A stretch of DNA of 64,000 nt from the IMG/VR virus record IMGVR_UViG_638276483_000001, positions 32,001 through 96,000 of that record; one strand, written 5' to 3'. Below the pieces are notes generated by a model that saw nothing but the letters and a program-made list of their open reading frames with translations, was not told where the DNA came from and ran no database searches. Of this stretch, positions 1 through 9,222 are shown one piece after another. A program made the translations under genes and the position numbers. Every line of letters starts with the position of its first letter. The first letter of the stretch is position 1. This DNA comes from a virus. Taxonomy: Duplodnaviria > Caudoviricetes.

Positions 1-1986
1 TCGCGCAGCGGTGATGGTTCGGGTGCGGCGAAGGTCATTGCCGATGGCACGTTGAAGGCGCTGCGGTCGGGGCAGAATGTTGGCGATTTCTTCGCGGTGG
101 GCGAAGGCCAGACGGTCACTGCCCGGGTGTTTGTGTCGCATGAGGGGTATGTGGGCACGGGCGCGCCGATTCGGTTGCAGCTGGTGCCGTACATCGACGG
201 CGTTGCACAGGCCCCTGTGGATTTGAACGCGTACGCCCCCCAGGACGCGAACTTGGCGTGGCCCGGTAAGGAGCTGTCGGGGGAGTATCGGGTGCCCGCT
301 GGGGTGACTGGTGTGCAGACCCGGTTCGTGGTGACCGAAGACGCCGCTGCGGGCACGTTCTGGTGGGATGACGCCGAGGTTAAGCAGACCGGCGTTATTC
401 AGCAGTCGTGGGTCGAGGGCCTTCCGGAGATTCTGCAAACCTTGTTGGCCCGGGTGCAGTTGACGATTGACACGGTGGTGTCGGCGATCCGCGGCGGCGT
501 GCAGACCGTTGAGAACACGCTGGAGGATTTGTTCGACGCTTTGCGCAACATCTCCCCGGAGTCAATCGCGGGCATGCTCGGCCCGGAGAATCTGCGGGAA
601 ACTATCGAGAATATCGTCAACAGCATTGTCGGTGGCCTGGTGGGCCTTCCGGGTATTGGTGCTGGTATCGCCGACCTGTTCAACGTGTTGCAGGAGATCG
701 CCTCGCGCGCCAGCTTGGGGTTGTTCTCGTGGGACATCCTTGGCATCAGGACCAACAAGCCTGTCGATAGTGGTTTGTTGCCGTCGGAGCGGTCCAACTT
801 CCCGCTGTCGAACGTCACGACGTGGCTGGAGGCCACGCAGAGCAATTCGCTCATCGGTGTTGACTTGATTGAAGAGTCGATGCCGCTGGGCGTGGTGTCG
901 TGGATCGGCTACGGCCTTTCGGGGATCACCGAGTTCTACGTCAACATCTGGAAGGTCGACTTGGCGTCGGGCGACTGGACGCTGGCGCACCATTCCCCGA
1001 ACATCGTGGGGCTTTTGGGCGGCACGGGCGCCCCCGGGGAGTTCATCTCCTACGAGCTGGATGACCCGGTTCCCGTGGTGGCGTCTGAGGCGTACGCCTA
1101 TGAGCTTGTCCCGGTGGGCGGTACGCATTATGTGCGTGGCCGTGTGGCGGACTTGCCGAATCATCCGACGTCGCAGATTGTGTCGCTGGCGGCCACCAGA
1201 AACAACACGTCGCCGGATAGCCCGCCGTCGTCGATTGCGAAGGCGTCGGTGACCCGCTCGGGCGATGTGCCGTGGGTGAGTATCGCCGTGGATACAGGTT
1301 CCGGCGGCGACCATCACGATCCGTTGAAGGTCTACCTTGGCACCGCGGCCACGGTGTTCCCGGTTCCGAACTGGGTGAACTACATCGACCCGGTTGCGGT
1401 GGGCGCTGGTGGTGGTGGTGCGCAGGGCTGGGCCTTGGGTATCAACGGTCAGGCCGGTCAGCCCGGGAAGTTCAACGCCACCACATGGGTGCGCGGTGAG
1501 CATTTCGGCGACAACGCCATCATCACCCTCGACCCGGGCGCTGGCGGCGTGGGCGGTCCTGGTGACGGCGCGGCCGGCGGTAACACCACGTTGTCTATCT
1601 CCACGCCCGGGGGTGACACGTATTCCATTGTCGCCGAAGGTGGCGCGGCGGGTACCACTGAAGGGTTTCTGTCGAAACCTGTTGGCCGAGGCCCGGGCAC
1701 ATTCACGTTCAACGAGCAGGACTATGTGGGCGGCGTTGACCAGAAGGTCATGGGCGGCCACGGCGCGCCCGCTGGTGGTGCCGGTAACGGCGGCAAGGGC
1801 TCGTTGGCGGCCTTTCAGTCCGGCGGCAATGGCGCTCCTGGTGGCGGCTGGGTGTTCTTCCGGCCCGACCCGCTGCCTGACCCTGACCCGGATTTGACGC
1901 CCCCGACGCCCCCCACGTTGGTGGAGCTGGTCGATTCAACTTTCAGCACTATCACGATTACGTGGTCTGGAGCAACAGACGTATGA
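1..1986 (+). CDS. Minor tail protein (5' partial), glycine-rich domain, ends in the first half of an FN3-like domain
   Basis: Frame open from base 1; GAGGGGA/GGAGNGG glycine-rich region; tail-gene context. Confidence 0.85.
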   Translation, partial: SRSGDGSGAAKVIADGTLKALRSGQNVGDFFAVGEGQTVTARVFVSHEGYVGTGAPIRLQLVPYIDGVAQAPVDLNAYAPQDANLAWPGKELSGEYRVPAGVTGVQTRFVVTEDAAAGTFWWDDAEVKQTGVIQQSWVEGLPEILQTLLARVQLTIDTVVSAIRGGVQTVENTLEDLFDALRNISPESIAGMLGPENLRETIENIVNSIVGGLVGLPGIGAGIADLFNVLQEIASRASLGLFSWDILGIRTNKPVDSGLLPSERSNFPLSNVTTWLEATQSNSLIGVDLIEESMPLGVVSWIGYGLSGITEFYVNIWKVDLASGDWTLAHHSPNIVGLLGGTGAPGEFISYELDDPVPVVASEAYAYELVPVGGTHYVRGRVADLPNHPTSQIVSLAATRNNTSPDSPPSSIAKASVTRSGDVPWVSIAVDTGSGGDHHDPLKVYLGTAATVFPVPNWVNYIDPVAVGAGGGGAQGWALGINGQAGQPGKFNATTWVRGEHFGDNAIITLDPGAGGVGGPGDGAAGGNTTLSISTPGGDTYSIVAEGGAAGTTEGFLSKPVGRGPGTFTFNEQDYVGGVDQKVMGGHGAPAGGAGNGGKGSLAAFQSGGNGAPGGGWVFFRPDPLPDPDPDLTPPTPPTLVELVDSTFSTITITWSGATDV

Positions 1987-3869
1987 CAATCAAAGGGTAT
2001 TTCGTTTACGCGAAAGAGAAGGACGCTTCAGGCGATTTCGTTCAGTTGAATCCCGACCCGGTGTTGCCGCCGTACGGGACAAACGGTTTGAAGTCGAACA
2101 CCACGTACGAGTTCTATGTGAAGACGGTGGACAACGCCGGCTGGTTGTCGGACCCGTCGGATACCTACGAGTTCACCACTCCCGCGCACACTGCGGGTGA
2201 TTTGTTGTCGCCGGAGGACCAGGCGATGGTGGATTTGATTGTGGAGGAGTCCCGCGCGGAGACCGGCCAGCCGGGAGTGATGTTGCAGATCACCGGTCCG
2301 CGCGGGAACTATGCGAAGGCGTATGGCACCACCGTGGGCGGCACGGTTCGCCCGTTGACGTTGGATGACCACTTCCGCATGGGTTCCTCCACGAAGATGT
2401 TCACCGCGATTGCGTTTTTCCAGGCCGTCGACAAAGGCCTCATCACGCTGGATGACACTCTGGAGCAGTACGTTCCGGGCATCCCGAACGGTACCGCGAT
2501 CACGATGGGGCACATGCTGTCCATGCGGTCGGGTATCGCGGAGTATACGGCGGGTATCAACGCGCTCTGGATCACGCTGTTTCCGACGTGGCCATGGACG
2601 GGCGCGAAGGACTTCCTGGGCTCTATGAAAGGGCCGTCAAATTTCTATCCTGGCACCGACTACCTGTATACGAACTCCAACTTTGCGCTGATCGGGATGG
2701 TTCTAGAGATTGTCGACCCGGCCCATCGGCCGATCAAGCAAATCTTCAAAGAAGACATCATAGACCCTCTTGGGCTGACGGAAACGTCATGGCCGCCGAT
2801 CGGTCCAGTTCCTCCCCCCGCGTCGATCGCTGACACGTTCAACCCGAACTTCCTCGACGCTGCCGGGGCGCTGGCGACGAACATCAACGACTACACGAAG
2901 TTCGCGGAGGCGTTGCGGGACAACGCGATGGGCCTGTCGCCCGAGTCGTATGACGCGTGGCTGTCAACGTTCTGGAAGCATCCCACAGGGTGGGACCCGT
3001 ACGCGAACGGGTTCTACATTCCTTCCGAGTACTACTACGGGTACGGGATAGAGTCGTTCGGAACGTGGTTCGGGCATCCGGGACTCTTTTCGGGTGGCTG
3101 GTCGTCCACGATTTTCTTTGAGCGGGACTCGGGTGCGACATTCACGCTGCACGAGAACTCGAATACCTCCAACCCCCCGGCCGCGGGCTATACCCGCATT
3201 TGGGTGCGGGTGGCGGAGTATCTGTACCCCGGAACGATTACGAATGACCAAAACTGGCCGGTGCCGCCGGAGCCGGTGGATGTTGGGTTTGATGCAGTGT
3301 CGTCGGCCGGGGCTGGTGTCGGTAGCGCCACTGTGAACTTCAAGGCCTCCGAGGGGGCCACGGTGTTCGCGGTGGTGGCGTGGGACCGCGCGGGCTCAGC
3401 CCCGTCGGCCACATATGGCGGCGCCGGCGGTGTACTTCTCGGGTCCGTTTCGCACGATGGCGATCCGGCGAATGGAGGATTGGCGATTTTCCGCATGGAG
3501 AACGCAGGCTCCGGCGTTGCTCGCCAGATGAAGGCCACCGGCCCGGGCTGGGTGAGTGCGTATGCCATTTCATTCAACGATGTTGTGTCCGTGGGAACCC
3601 CCACGTTCGCGCACGGCAACGGCACTGCGCACAGCCAGTCGGTGACGGTACCGAGCGGGGTGACGCTGCAGGCGTTCTCGGCCGGGGCCGGGGGGGCGTC
3701 GTCGTCCAAGCTGACAACGATTCTGGGGGCGCGCTTGCGCGCGGAGCAGTCGGGGATCGCCCCGCCCCTGTGTGTCAACACGACGACCAGGACGGGAACG
3801 GTGAGCGCCACCTCGTCGCGGCCGAATAAGTGGGCTGGCATGGCGGTGAACTTGCAGATTGGGGGATGA
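1983..3869 (+). CDS. Minor tail protein with serine beta-lactamase/D-Ala-D-Ala carboxypeptidase domain
   Basis: SxxK (FRMGSSTK), YxN (YTN) and HxG (HPG) motifs; ATGA overlap with the upstream gene. Confidence 0.9.
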   Translation: MTIKGYFVYAKEKDASGDFVQLNPDPVLPPYGTNGLKSNTTYEFYVKTVDNAGWLSDPSDTYEFTTPAHTAGDLLSPEDQAMVDLIVEESRAETGQPGVMLQITGPRGNYAKAYGTTVGGTVRPLTLDDHFRMGSSTKMFTAIAFFQAVDKGLITLDDTLEQYVPGIPNGTAITMGHMLSMRSGIAEYTAGINALWITLFPTWPWTGAKDFLGSMKGPSNFYPGTDYLYTNSNFALIGMVLEIVDPAHRPIKQIFKEDIIDPLGLTETSWPPIGPVPPPASIADTFNPNFLDAAGALATNINDYTKFAEALRDNAMGLSPESYDAWLSTFWKHPTGWDPYANGFYIPSEYYYGYGIESFGTWFGHPGLFSGGWSSTIFFERDSGATFTLHENSNTSNPPAAGYTRIWVRVAEYLYPGTITNDQNWPVPPEPVDVGFDAVSSAGAGVGSATVNFKASEGATVFAVVAWDRAGSAPSATYGGAGGVLLGSVSHDGDPANGGLAIFRMENAGSGVARQMKATGPGWVSAYAISFNDVVSVGTPTFAHGNGTAHSQSVTVPSGVTLQAFSAGAGGASSSKLTTILGARLRAEQSGIAPPLCVNTTTRTGTVSATSSRPNKWAGMAVNLQIGG

Positions 3870-5032
3870 GCGTGGCTGTTGGCTGGTGGGCTGAGTCCCA
3901 CGTCTCGTTTGGCGTCACCCTCGCCCCCGAGTTGGGGTTTACCTATGGTGGCCCCAAGGAGGAGTTTGGCGTCACCCTCACCCCCGAGATCGGCATGGCC
4001 GCCGTGGCGCACAACCGTGCGAGTTTCGGTTTGTCGGTGCCGGTTTCGCTGGGGATGGGGGCGGCCAGCCACAGCAAGGCGTCGTTCGGCCTGGTGTTCG
4101 CGCCGTATATCGCGATGCGTGGTCCGGCGGCGTTCGAGCCGGTGTTTCCGTCCGAGGATTTGTATCCGTCGGTGTCGCTGTTCCCGACGCCGCGCGCGCA
4201 GTCTCCCGGTTTCGGGTTGTCGTTCGCGCCGAGCCTGGGGTTCGAGGCCGCGCCGAAGTTTGCGCGGTCGTTCGGTATCGAACTGGACCCGCAGGTCGGC
4301 ATGGGTACCGCACTCGGGTTCACGAAGGGCTTCGGGATCGAACTGTCCCCGCAGGTTGGAATGTCCGGCGCGGAGCGGTATTACCGCGAGTTCGAGCTGA
4401 CGTTGACCCCGGGAATCGGTATGGACGCCGTGGGCAATGACGGTGTTGACCCGGTGGCGTTCGACGCGGTAACCATGTCCCAGCAAACGACGTCGACGTT
4501 CTCGTTCAACCACACGGCCACCGCCGGAGCGTCGGTACTGGTGTCACTGGTCGTACAGGGCAGCGACACGATCGCCTCCGTCACCTACGACGGATCAGCG
4601 ATGACGCTTATCGGCAGCCAGGCTCTAAACAATAACGCTGGCAGTGGCTCCCAACACTTGTACGTCATTCATGGCGTTGCTGGCGGGTCCAAGCAGGTGA
4701 CGGTCAACAAGCCCACCGGCTTCGGGTGGGTGGGCGCTGTCGCGGCCTCGTATCTGAACGCGACCACCACCGGCACCGTGCAGAAGTCATACGGAAACAG
4801 TGGTTCGGCAAGCCTGTCGGCGTCCGCGCCTGGAGACGGTGGCCGGGTAGTCGTTTCGTTCGCCAACATTGGGAACCGGACGTTTACACCCTCTGGCGGA
4901 ACGAACCGATTCTCGGGTTCGGGCCTGTTCCCGATCCTGACCATCAGCGACGCGACGACGGCCACGAACTTCACGGCGACAAGCTCGTCGGGCACATGGG
5001 CCGCCATGGCGGTCCCGCTCAATCCCGTATAA
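3866..5032 (+). CDS. Minor tail protein
   Basis: ATGA overlap; repeated FGxxLxPxxG units; beta-rich C-terminal domain similar to that of the previous gene. Confidence 0.8.
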   Translation: MSVAVGWWAESHVSFGVTLAPELGFTYGGPKEEFGVTLTPEIGMAAVAHNRASFGLSVPVSLGMGAASHSKASFGLVFAPYIAMRGPAAFEPVFPSEDLYPSVSLFPTPRAQSPGFGLSFAPSLGFEAAPKFARSFGIELDPQVGMGTALGFTKGFGIELSPQVGMSGAERYYREFELTLTPGIGMDAVGNDGVDPVAFDAVTMSQQTTSTFSFNHTATAGASVLVSLVVQGSDTIASVTYDGSAMTLIGSQALNNNAGSGSQHLYVIHGVAGGSKQVTVNKPTGFGWVGAVAASYLNATTTGTVQKSYGNSGSASLSASAPGDGGRVVVSFANIGNRTFTPSGGTNRFSGSGLFPILTISDATTATNFTATSSSGTWAAMAVPLNPV

Positions 5033-5049
5033 CCCGAAAGGAAACAATC

Positions 5050-5391
5050 ATGGGCATTCCCAATGCAACTCACAAAGCAGCGTCGGACGCTATCGCCGGT
5101 CTCGGTGACTGGATCAGTGTGCATACCGGAGCTGCTGGCACCACAGGGGCGAATGAAGCCACGGGTGGTGGATATGCGCGGGAGCAGACGTCGTGGACGT
5201 CGGGCTCCACGGGCACCAACACCGGCGACGAGGTTGAAATCTCCGTGGCGGCAGGCACCTACGTGGAGGGCGGCATCTGGTCGGCCAGCTCGTCGGGCAC
5301 CTTCGTCGGTTCGGAAGCTTTCGACGACGGTGACGTGGAGGTGTCCGGTACGGGGGCGAGCATCTCCGTGACGCCCCGCATAGTCGCCTGA
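5050..5391 (+). CDS. Minor tail/virion protein
   Basis: RBS aaagga; ISVHTGAAGTTGANEATGGGYAR resembles phage tail-fibre associated proteins. Confidence 0.75.
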   Translation: MGIPNATHKAASDAIAGLGDWISVHTGAAGTTGANEATGGGYAREQTSWTSGSTGTNTGDEVEISVAAGTYVEGGIWSASSSGTFVGSEAFDDGDVEVSGTGASISVTPRIVA

Positions 5392-5413
5392 AATCCTGGA
5401 TAGGGGAACTGTT

Positions 5414-5668
5414 TTGAACATCAAAACTGATCATCAGATCGTCGCGTTCGGCAACGACATGATGGGCTTGTTTGACCGTGACGGCACGTTGATTGTGCAG
5501 GCCGCCCGCGTGGTTGGCGGGTGGGAGGTCACCGCCGAGGGGCGGCCCCCGGCGACCGTGTTGGATCGGTCTTCGGCGATCACCGAAATGATCAACACCG
5601 CCCTCGCGGTGCTTCCGGGTGACGGTTATTCGTGCCTGGTGCCGAGGGGTTTACGGGCGCAACCCTAG
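5414..5668 (+). CDS. Hypothetical protein (tail module)
   Basis: RBS agggg, TTG start, tight packing. Confidence 0.7.
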   Translation: MNIKTDHQIVAFGNDMMGLFDRDGTLIVQAARVVGGWEVTAEGRPPATVLDRSSAITEMINTALAVLPGDGYSCLVPRGLRAQP

Positions 5669-5680
5669 GAGGGGTTTGGT

Positions 5681-6319
5681 ATGGCTTATTCGAAGCAGTC
5701 GTGGGAGAACGTTCCCTCAACGAACACCCCGTTGTCGGCGGACCGTCTCAACCACATCGAGGACGGTATCGAAGGGGCGCATGAGGGGCTGGACGATAAG
5801 GCCGACCTCGCCCACGACCACGTTTTGGCCGATGTTACCGATGTCACCTCTACTGGCGCGGCTATTGCTGGCGCGGCGGATAACGATGCAGCCCTGGAGG
5901 CTTTGCAGCCGGAGTTGGACAACAAGATCCACGAGATCGTCGACTACTACGCGACCAACGAGTTGGATGTTCAGGTGGATGCTTCCGATGTGGTGTCGGG
6001 CACGCTGAGCATTAGTCGCATCCCCGTGGGTAGTAGTGGTTCCACGGTGTGTGTTGGTAATGATTCGCGCCTGTCGGACCAGCGGACACCCTTGGACAAC
6101 TCGGTGACCCTGGCGAAGATTCAGGACGGTGCGATCACCAACGCGAAGATCAATACCGGCGCGGCGATTGCGAAATCGAAGCTGGCTTCGGATGTGCAAA
6201 CCTCACTGGGTAAAGCGGATTCGTCGGTGCAGAAATCCGGCAGCGCGTCCGGGATGTGGATGGGCACCACCCTTCCTGGTACCGGCACGGCGGGTGTGTT
6301 GTACGTGGTGGTTCCGTGA
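5681..6319 (+). CDS. Minor tail protein
   Basis: MAYSKQSW..TPLSADRLNHIEDGI N-terminus typical of phage tail fibres; HDHxxxDV and SVTLAKI/AITNAKI repeats. Confidence 0.8.
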   Translation: MAYSKQSWENVPSTNTPLSADRLNHIEDGIEGAHEGLDDKADLAHDHVLADVTDVTSTGAAIAGAADNDAALEALQPELDNKIHEIVDYYATNELDVQVDASDVVSGTLSISRIPVGSSGSTVCVGNDSRLSDQRTPLDNSVTLAKIQDGAITNAKINTGAAIAKSKLASDVQTSLGKADSSVQKSGSASGMWMGTTLPGTGTAGVLYVVVP

Positions 6320-7296
6320 AAGTTTGGAACGGCACAGCGTTCGTTGACCCCACCGCGTTCAAGGTGTGGAACGGGTCGGCGTTCGTCAACCCTGAGCTGT
6401 ACACGTGGAACGGGACCAGCTTTGACAAGGTGTGGCCGTCGTTTGAACCGTTCAGCATTTCCAGCGAAGACCCCGGCTACGAGGATCTGATCGACGAACC
6501 GGTACCCGAGGGCGCTTCGGGCTGTTGGGTGACCCTCGTTGGTGGCGGAGGCGGGGGCGGTGCGGGCTACCAGAGTTTCGATGATACCTACCGCCGCGGC
6601 GGCGGCGGCGGAGCGGGTGGGGCAAAGATTCCCCGCGTGTGGGTGCCTCGCGAGGCTATGGGTTCCTCCTACAGCGTCGTCTTAGGACTCGGCGGGGCGT
6701 ATACCGGTGGAGGCTCGACAGGATTTGGCGGCACCGACGGGGGATCGTCCTCGTTCTTGTCCGGATCTGTGTCGCTGATCGCAGGAGGAGGGGCGCGCGG
6801 CGCGATCGCGCTGTCCGGTAGCAGTACGCAGGTGTCCGGGGGCGCTGGAAGCCTGACGAGCGTCACCTCCGGGGTTGCCGGGGCCGTCGTTATCCCCGGC
6901 GCGCCCGGGGGTAAGGGGGCCGCGTCGTCAGGCTCTGCGGAAGATGGCGGAGATAACCCGAGCGGTGCAGGTGCGGGCGGCGGAGGAGGCGGCCGGGTTT
7001 CGGACTCCAATAGCCAGACTCCCGGGGGCAGAGGAGGTAACTCCGCGGTCGGTACCGGAGGGGAGCGGGGCGGTGCCGGGGCCAACGGGTCCAGCGCCGC
7101 CGACCAAACCGGCGGTAACCCAGGCGCTGGAGGAGGCGGTGGCGGTGGCAACAACAGCGGGTCCACAACCACCGGTCACGGCGGTAACGGAGGTAAATAC
7201 GGCGGAGGCGGTGGCGGAAGTGGCGGTCATAGGACTAATGCTCGTCGCTACGGCGGAGCGGGCGGTGACGGATACGTCCTGGTCGAGTGGGAATGA
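6316..7296 (+). CDS. Glycine-rich minor tail protein
   Basis: GTGA overlap; KVWNG repeats; GGGGG tracts; ends GGDGYVLVEW. Confidence 0.8.
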   Translation: MKVWNGTAFVDPTAFKVWNGSAFVNPELYTWNGTSFDKVWPSFEPFSISSEDPGYEDLIDEPVPEGASGCWVTLVGGGGGGGAGYQSFDDTYRRGGGGGAGGAKIPRVWVPREAMGSSYSVVLGLGGAYTGGGSTGFGGTDGGSSSFLSGSVSLIAGGGARGAIALSGSSTQVSGGAGSLTSVTSGVAGAVVIPGAPGGKGAASSGSAEDGGDNPSGAGAGGGGGGRVSDSNSQTPGGRGGNSAVGTGGERGGAGANGSSAADQTGGNPGAGGGGGGGNNSGSTTTGHGGNGGKYGGGGGGSGGHRTNARRYGGAGGDGYVLVEWE

Positions 7297-7299
7297 CCC

Positions 7300-7491
7300 C
7301 TACTCGCCGCGAATGATTTGATACACCCGCCCTCTGGTGATGCCTGCTTGTCTGGCGATCTCAGGTGCGGGCATGCCGTCCGCGTACGCGGCCTTCACGA
7401 GGTCGAACATTTCACTGGTCAGCTCGCCCATCTCGGCTGCAACCTTCTGCCGCTTGTCGCGGTTGGCGGCTAGTCGATCAGCGAGGGGCAT
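7300..7491 (-). CDS. Small helix-turn-helix DNA-binding protein
   Basis: GMPAPEIARQAGITRGRVYQI HTH. Confidence 0.8.
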   Translation of the reverse strand: MPLADRLAANRDKRQKVAAEMGELTSEMFDLVKAAYADGMPAPEIARQAGITRGRVYQIIRGE

Positions 7492-7520
7492 GCGGGAAAT
7501 AGTAGCACGTTATACGCAGG

Positions 7521-7550
7521 TTGACAGACTGTGTGCAGGGCCTATACAGT
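7521..7550 (+). promoter_or_regulatory. SigA-type promoter
   Basis: TTGACA-18nt-TACAGT, divergent from the HTH gene. Confidence 0.6.
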
Positions 7551-7641
7551 AGGCCCCATCAACTTGAGACACCGCCCGGCGGGGCGAAGGCCCGAGAAAC
7601 CAACCCCGCCGGACGGCCCACCCCCAACAGGAGGCCCACCA

Positions 7642-7938
7642 ATGCTACGCAACACCATCGCAACCATCACAGCCGCCCTCACCCTCGCACTCCTCACCCC
7701 CGCAGTCGCAGACGCCGCACCCAAACACTGCGACAACCACGGCACCGGACACGGCAAAATCTACAAGCACGCCTGCGCCACCGGACCCGGCGGAGCAGGC
7801 GCCGACTGGACCTACGCCAAAAACCCCGACGGCACCGTGAAAACGGTCGTAAAAGACGGCAAAGAGCACAAGGTCTACAAGTGCACCCGCCACTGCGGCG
7901 GCGGACGCCACAACACCGAAACCACAGACCCCTGGTGA
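7642..7938 (+). CDS. Small secreted Cys/His-rich protein
   Basis: RBS aggagg; signal peptide ending ADA. Confidence 0.75.
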   Translation: MLRNTIATITAALTLALLTPAVADAAPKHCDNHGTGHGKIYKHACATGPGGAGADWTYAKNPDGTVKTVVKDGKEHKVYKCTRHCGGGRHNTETTDPW

Positions 7939-7949
7939 TCGTCAGAAAG

Positions 7950-7980
7950 AACGGGCTGCCATTTTCGTGGTAGCCCGTTT
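7950..7980. terminator. Hairpin terminator
   Basis: aacgggctgcca-tttcg-tggtagcccgttt. Confidence 0.5.
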
Positions 7981-7997
7981 GTCATGAAAAGCGGAAG

Positions 7998-8156
7998 ATG
8001 AATCGCTACACCATCCTCGGTATCGAAAAACCTTTCCCTTGGGTCAGCCTCGGCCTGCTCGGCGGCCTGATACTCACCGGGCTACTCTCGTGGGCATTCG
8101 CCACCGGCAGCGTGACGCTCGTCGAAAAACTCATCGACGACCTACCCGACTTCTGA
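7998..8156 (+). CDS. Small membrane protein (52 aa)
   Basis: MNRYTILGIEKPFPWVSLGLLGG..., one TM helix; below the ORF-track cut-off. Confidence 0.6.
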   Translation: MNRYTILGIEKPFPWVSLGLLGGLILTGLLSWAFATGSVTLVEKLIDDLPDF

Positions 8157-8196
8157 CGGGCCGGCCCCTGTTCTACCTCTAAACAACACCCCCAGA

Positions 8197-8230
8197 AAAC
8201 CCCGCCACCACCAAGGTGCGCGGGGCTTTT
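8197..8230 (+). terminator. Intrinsic terminator-like hairpin
   Basis: aaaaccccgc...gcggggctttt. Confidence 0.5.
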
Positions 8231-8250
8231 CCATGCCCGAAAGGGGGCGC

Positions 8251-8751
8251 ATGCCTCTTTATCGCACGCTCGGCCCGCTTACATACATCGACGACGGTCG
8301 AGTAAGGCACATCACCCGGGCGGGCGTCATCATCGATATCAGTCGAGAAACGGCCGATGGGTTACCCGGACTTGTCGCATACGTCGACAGTGAGGTTACC
8401 AGCTTCCCTCGCATCGAAATGCTTAGCTACGAGGATTACAGCGACTTCCCGGTGCACGGCAGCGATGGATACATTTACGCAGACCGAAGCGGCAATGCAA
8501 TCTACCAATGGGTGAATGACGGATATGTCGCCATCGCCGGAACCGCATCGTGGAGCACCTTATCGGGAAAGCCTTCAGAGTTTCCGCCATCCGATCATTC
8601 CCACGATAGCGCCAGCGCTGTACATGCCGTGATCGTCTCCACCGGTTCAGAGGCCCGCCCCTCCACCGATGGCACCGTCCTGTGGCTCGGCGGCTCTAGC
8701 GAGCCCACGAACTACGACGACACCAAAGACATCTGGTTCGGGACGGACTAA
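8251..8751 (+). CDS. Minor tail-type hypothetical protein
   Basis: WSTLSGKPSEFPPSDHSH tail-fibre repeat; ARPS..VLWLG..EPTN..DIW C-terminus. Confidence 0.7.
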   Translation: MPLYRTLGPLTYIDDGRVRHITRAGVIIDISRETADGLPGLVAYVDSEVTSFPRIEMLSYEDYSDFPVHGSDGYIYADRSGNAIYQWVNDGYVAIAGTASWSTLSGKPSEFPPSDHSHDSASAVHAVIVSTGSEARPSTDGTVLWLGGSSEPTNYDDTKDIWFGTD

Positions 8752-8899
8752 GTGCGAGTACTCGGACAAGAAATCACCAAGGTCCGGGTCGCGGGGGGTT
8801 GACGCCATCCGCGTCCGGGTCCGTGGCCAGGACGAGTGGACGGCCGAGTCACCCGCTCCAGTCCCCGACCCACCCTATTCCCCCGAAGGGGCATTATGA
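8752..8899 (+). pseudogene. Frameshifted/truncated tail-gene remnant
   Basis: GTG-RVLGQEITKVRVAG continues as VDAIRVRVRGQDEW only if one G of the G6 run at 8793-8798 is removed. Confidence 0.4.
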
Positions 8900-9222
8900 A
8901 GAAGTTTCTCATCTCCCTCGTCGTCGGGGTTCTTGCCGAGGCGGTCAAGAATCCTGAGATCCGGGACTTCGTTTCCGGCCTTGTTGTGAAGCTTGCCGAA
9001 AAACTCAAGGGCGATCTGGTTCCGGCTTTGATCGGCCTGTTCCCGACATTCGGCGGCGCCATCATCGAGACCGTCCTCGACAAGCTGCCGGGCGTCCACA
9101 ACCTGGATGTCGAGATTCTCAATTCCGACGTCGCCAAGAAAATCATCGAATCTGACCCGGACCTTCCTTTCGTGTCGGGATTCATTGACCTCACCGAAAT
9201 TCTCAGGGGATTCATCAAATAA
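8896..9222 (+). CDS. Hypothetical protein upstream of lysin A
   Basis: RBS gaagggg; stop overlaps the lysA start. Confidence 0.75.
   Translation: MKKFLISLVVGVLAEAVKNPEIRDFVSGLVVKLAEKLKGDLVPALIGLFPTFGGAIIETVLDKLPGVHNLDVEILNSDVAKKIIESDPDLPFVSGFIDLTEILRGFIK

Noticed and set aside
1983-3869. Beta-lactamase as an antibiotic-resistance gene
   Set aside because: Embedded in a virion tail protein among tail genes; this fold is a known tail-associated peptidoglycan carboxypeptidase in mycobacteriophages.
3900-4430. DNA repeat array (tttggcgtcaccctc, atcgaactg..ccgcaggt)
   Set aside because: Explained by in-frame peptide repeats of a minor tail protein.
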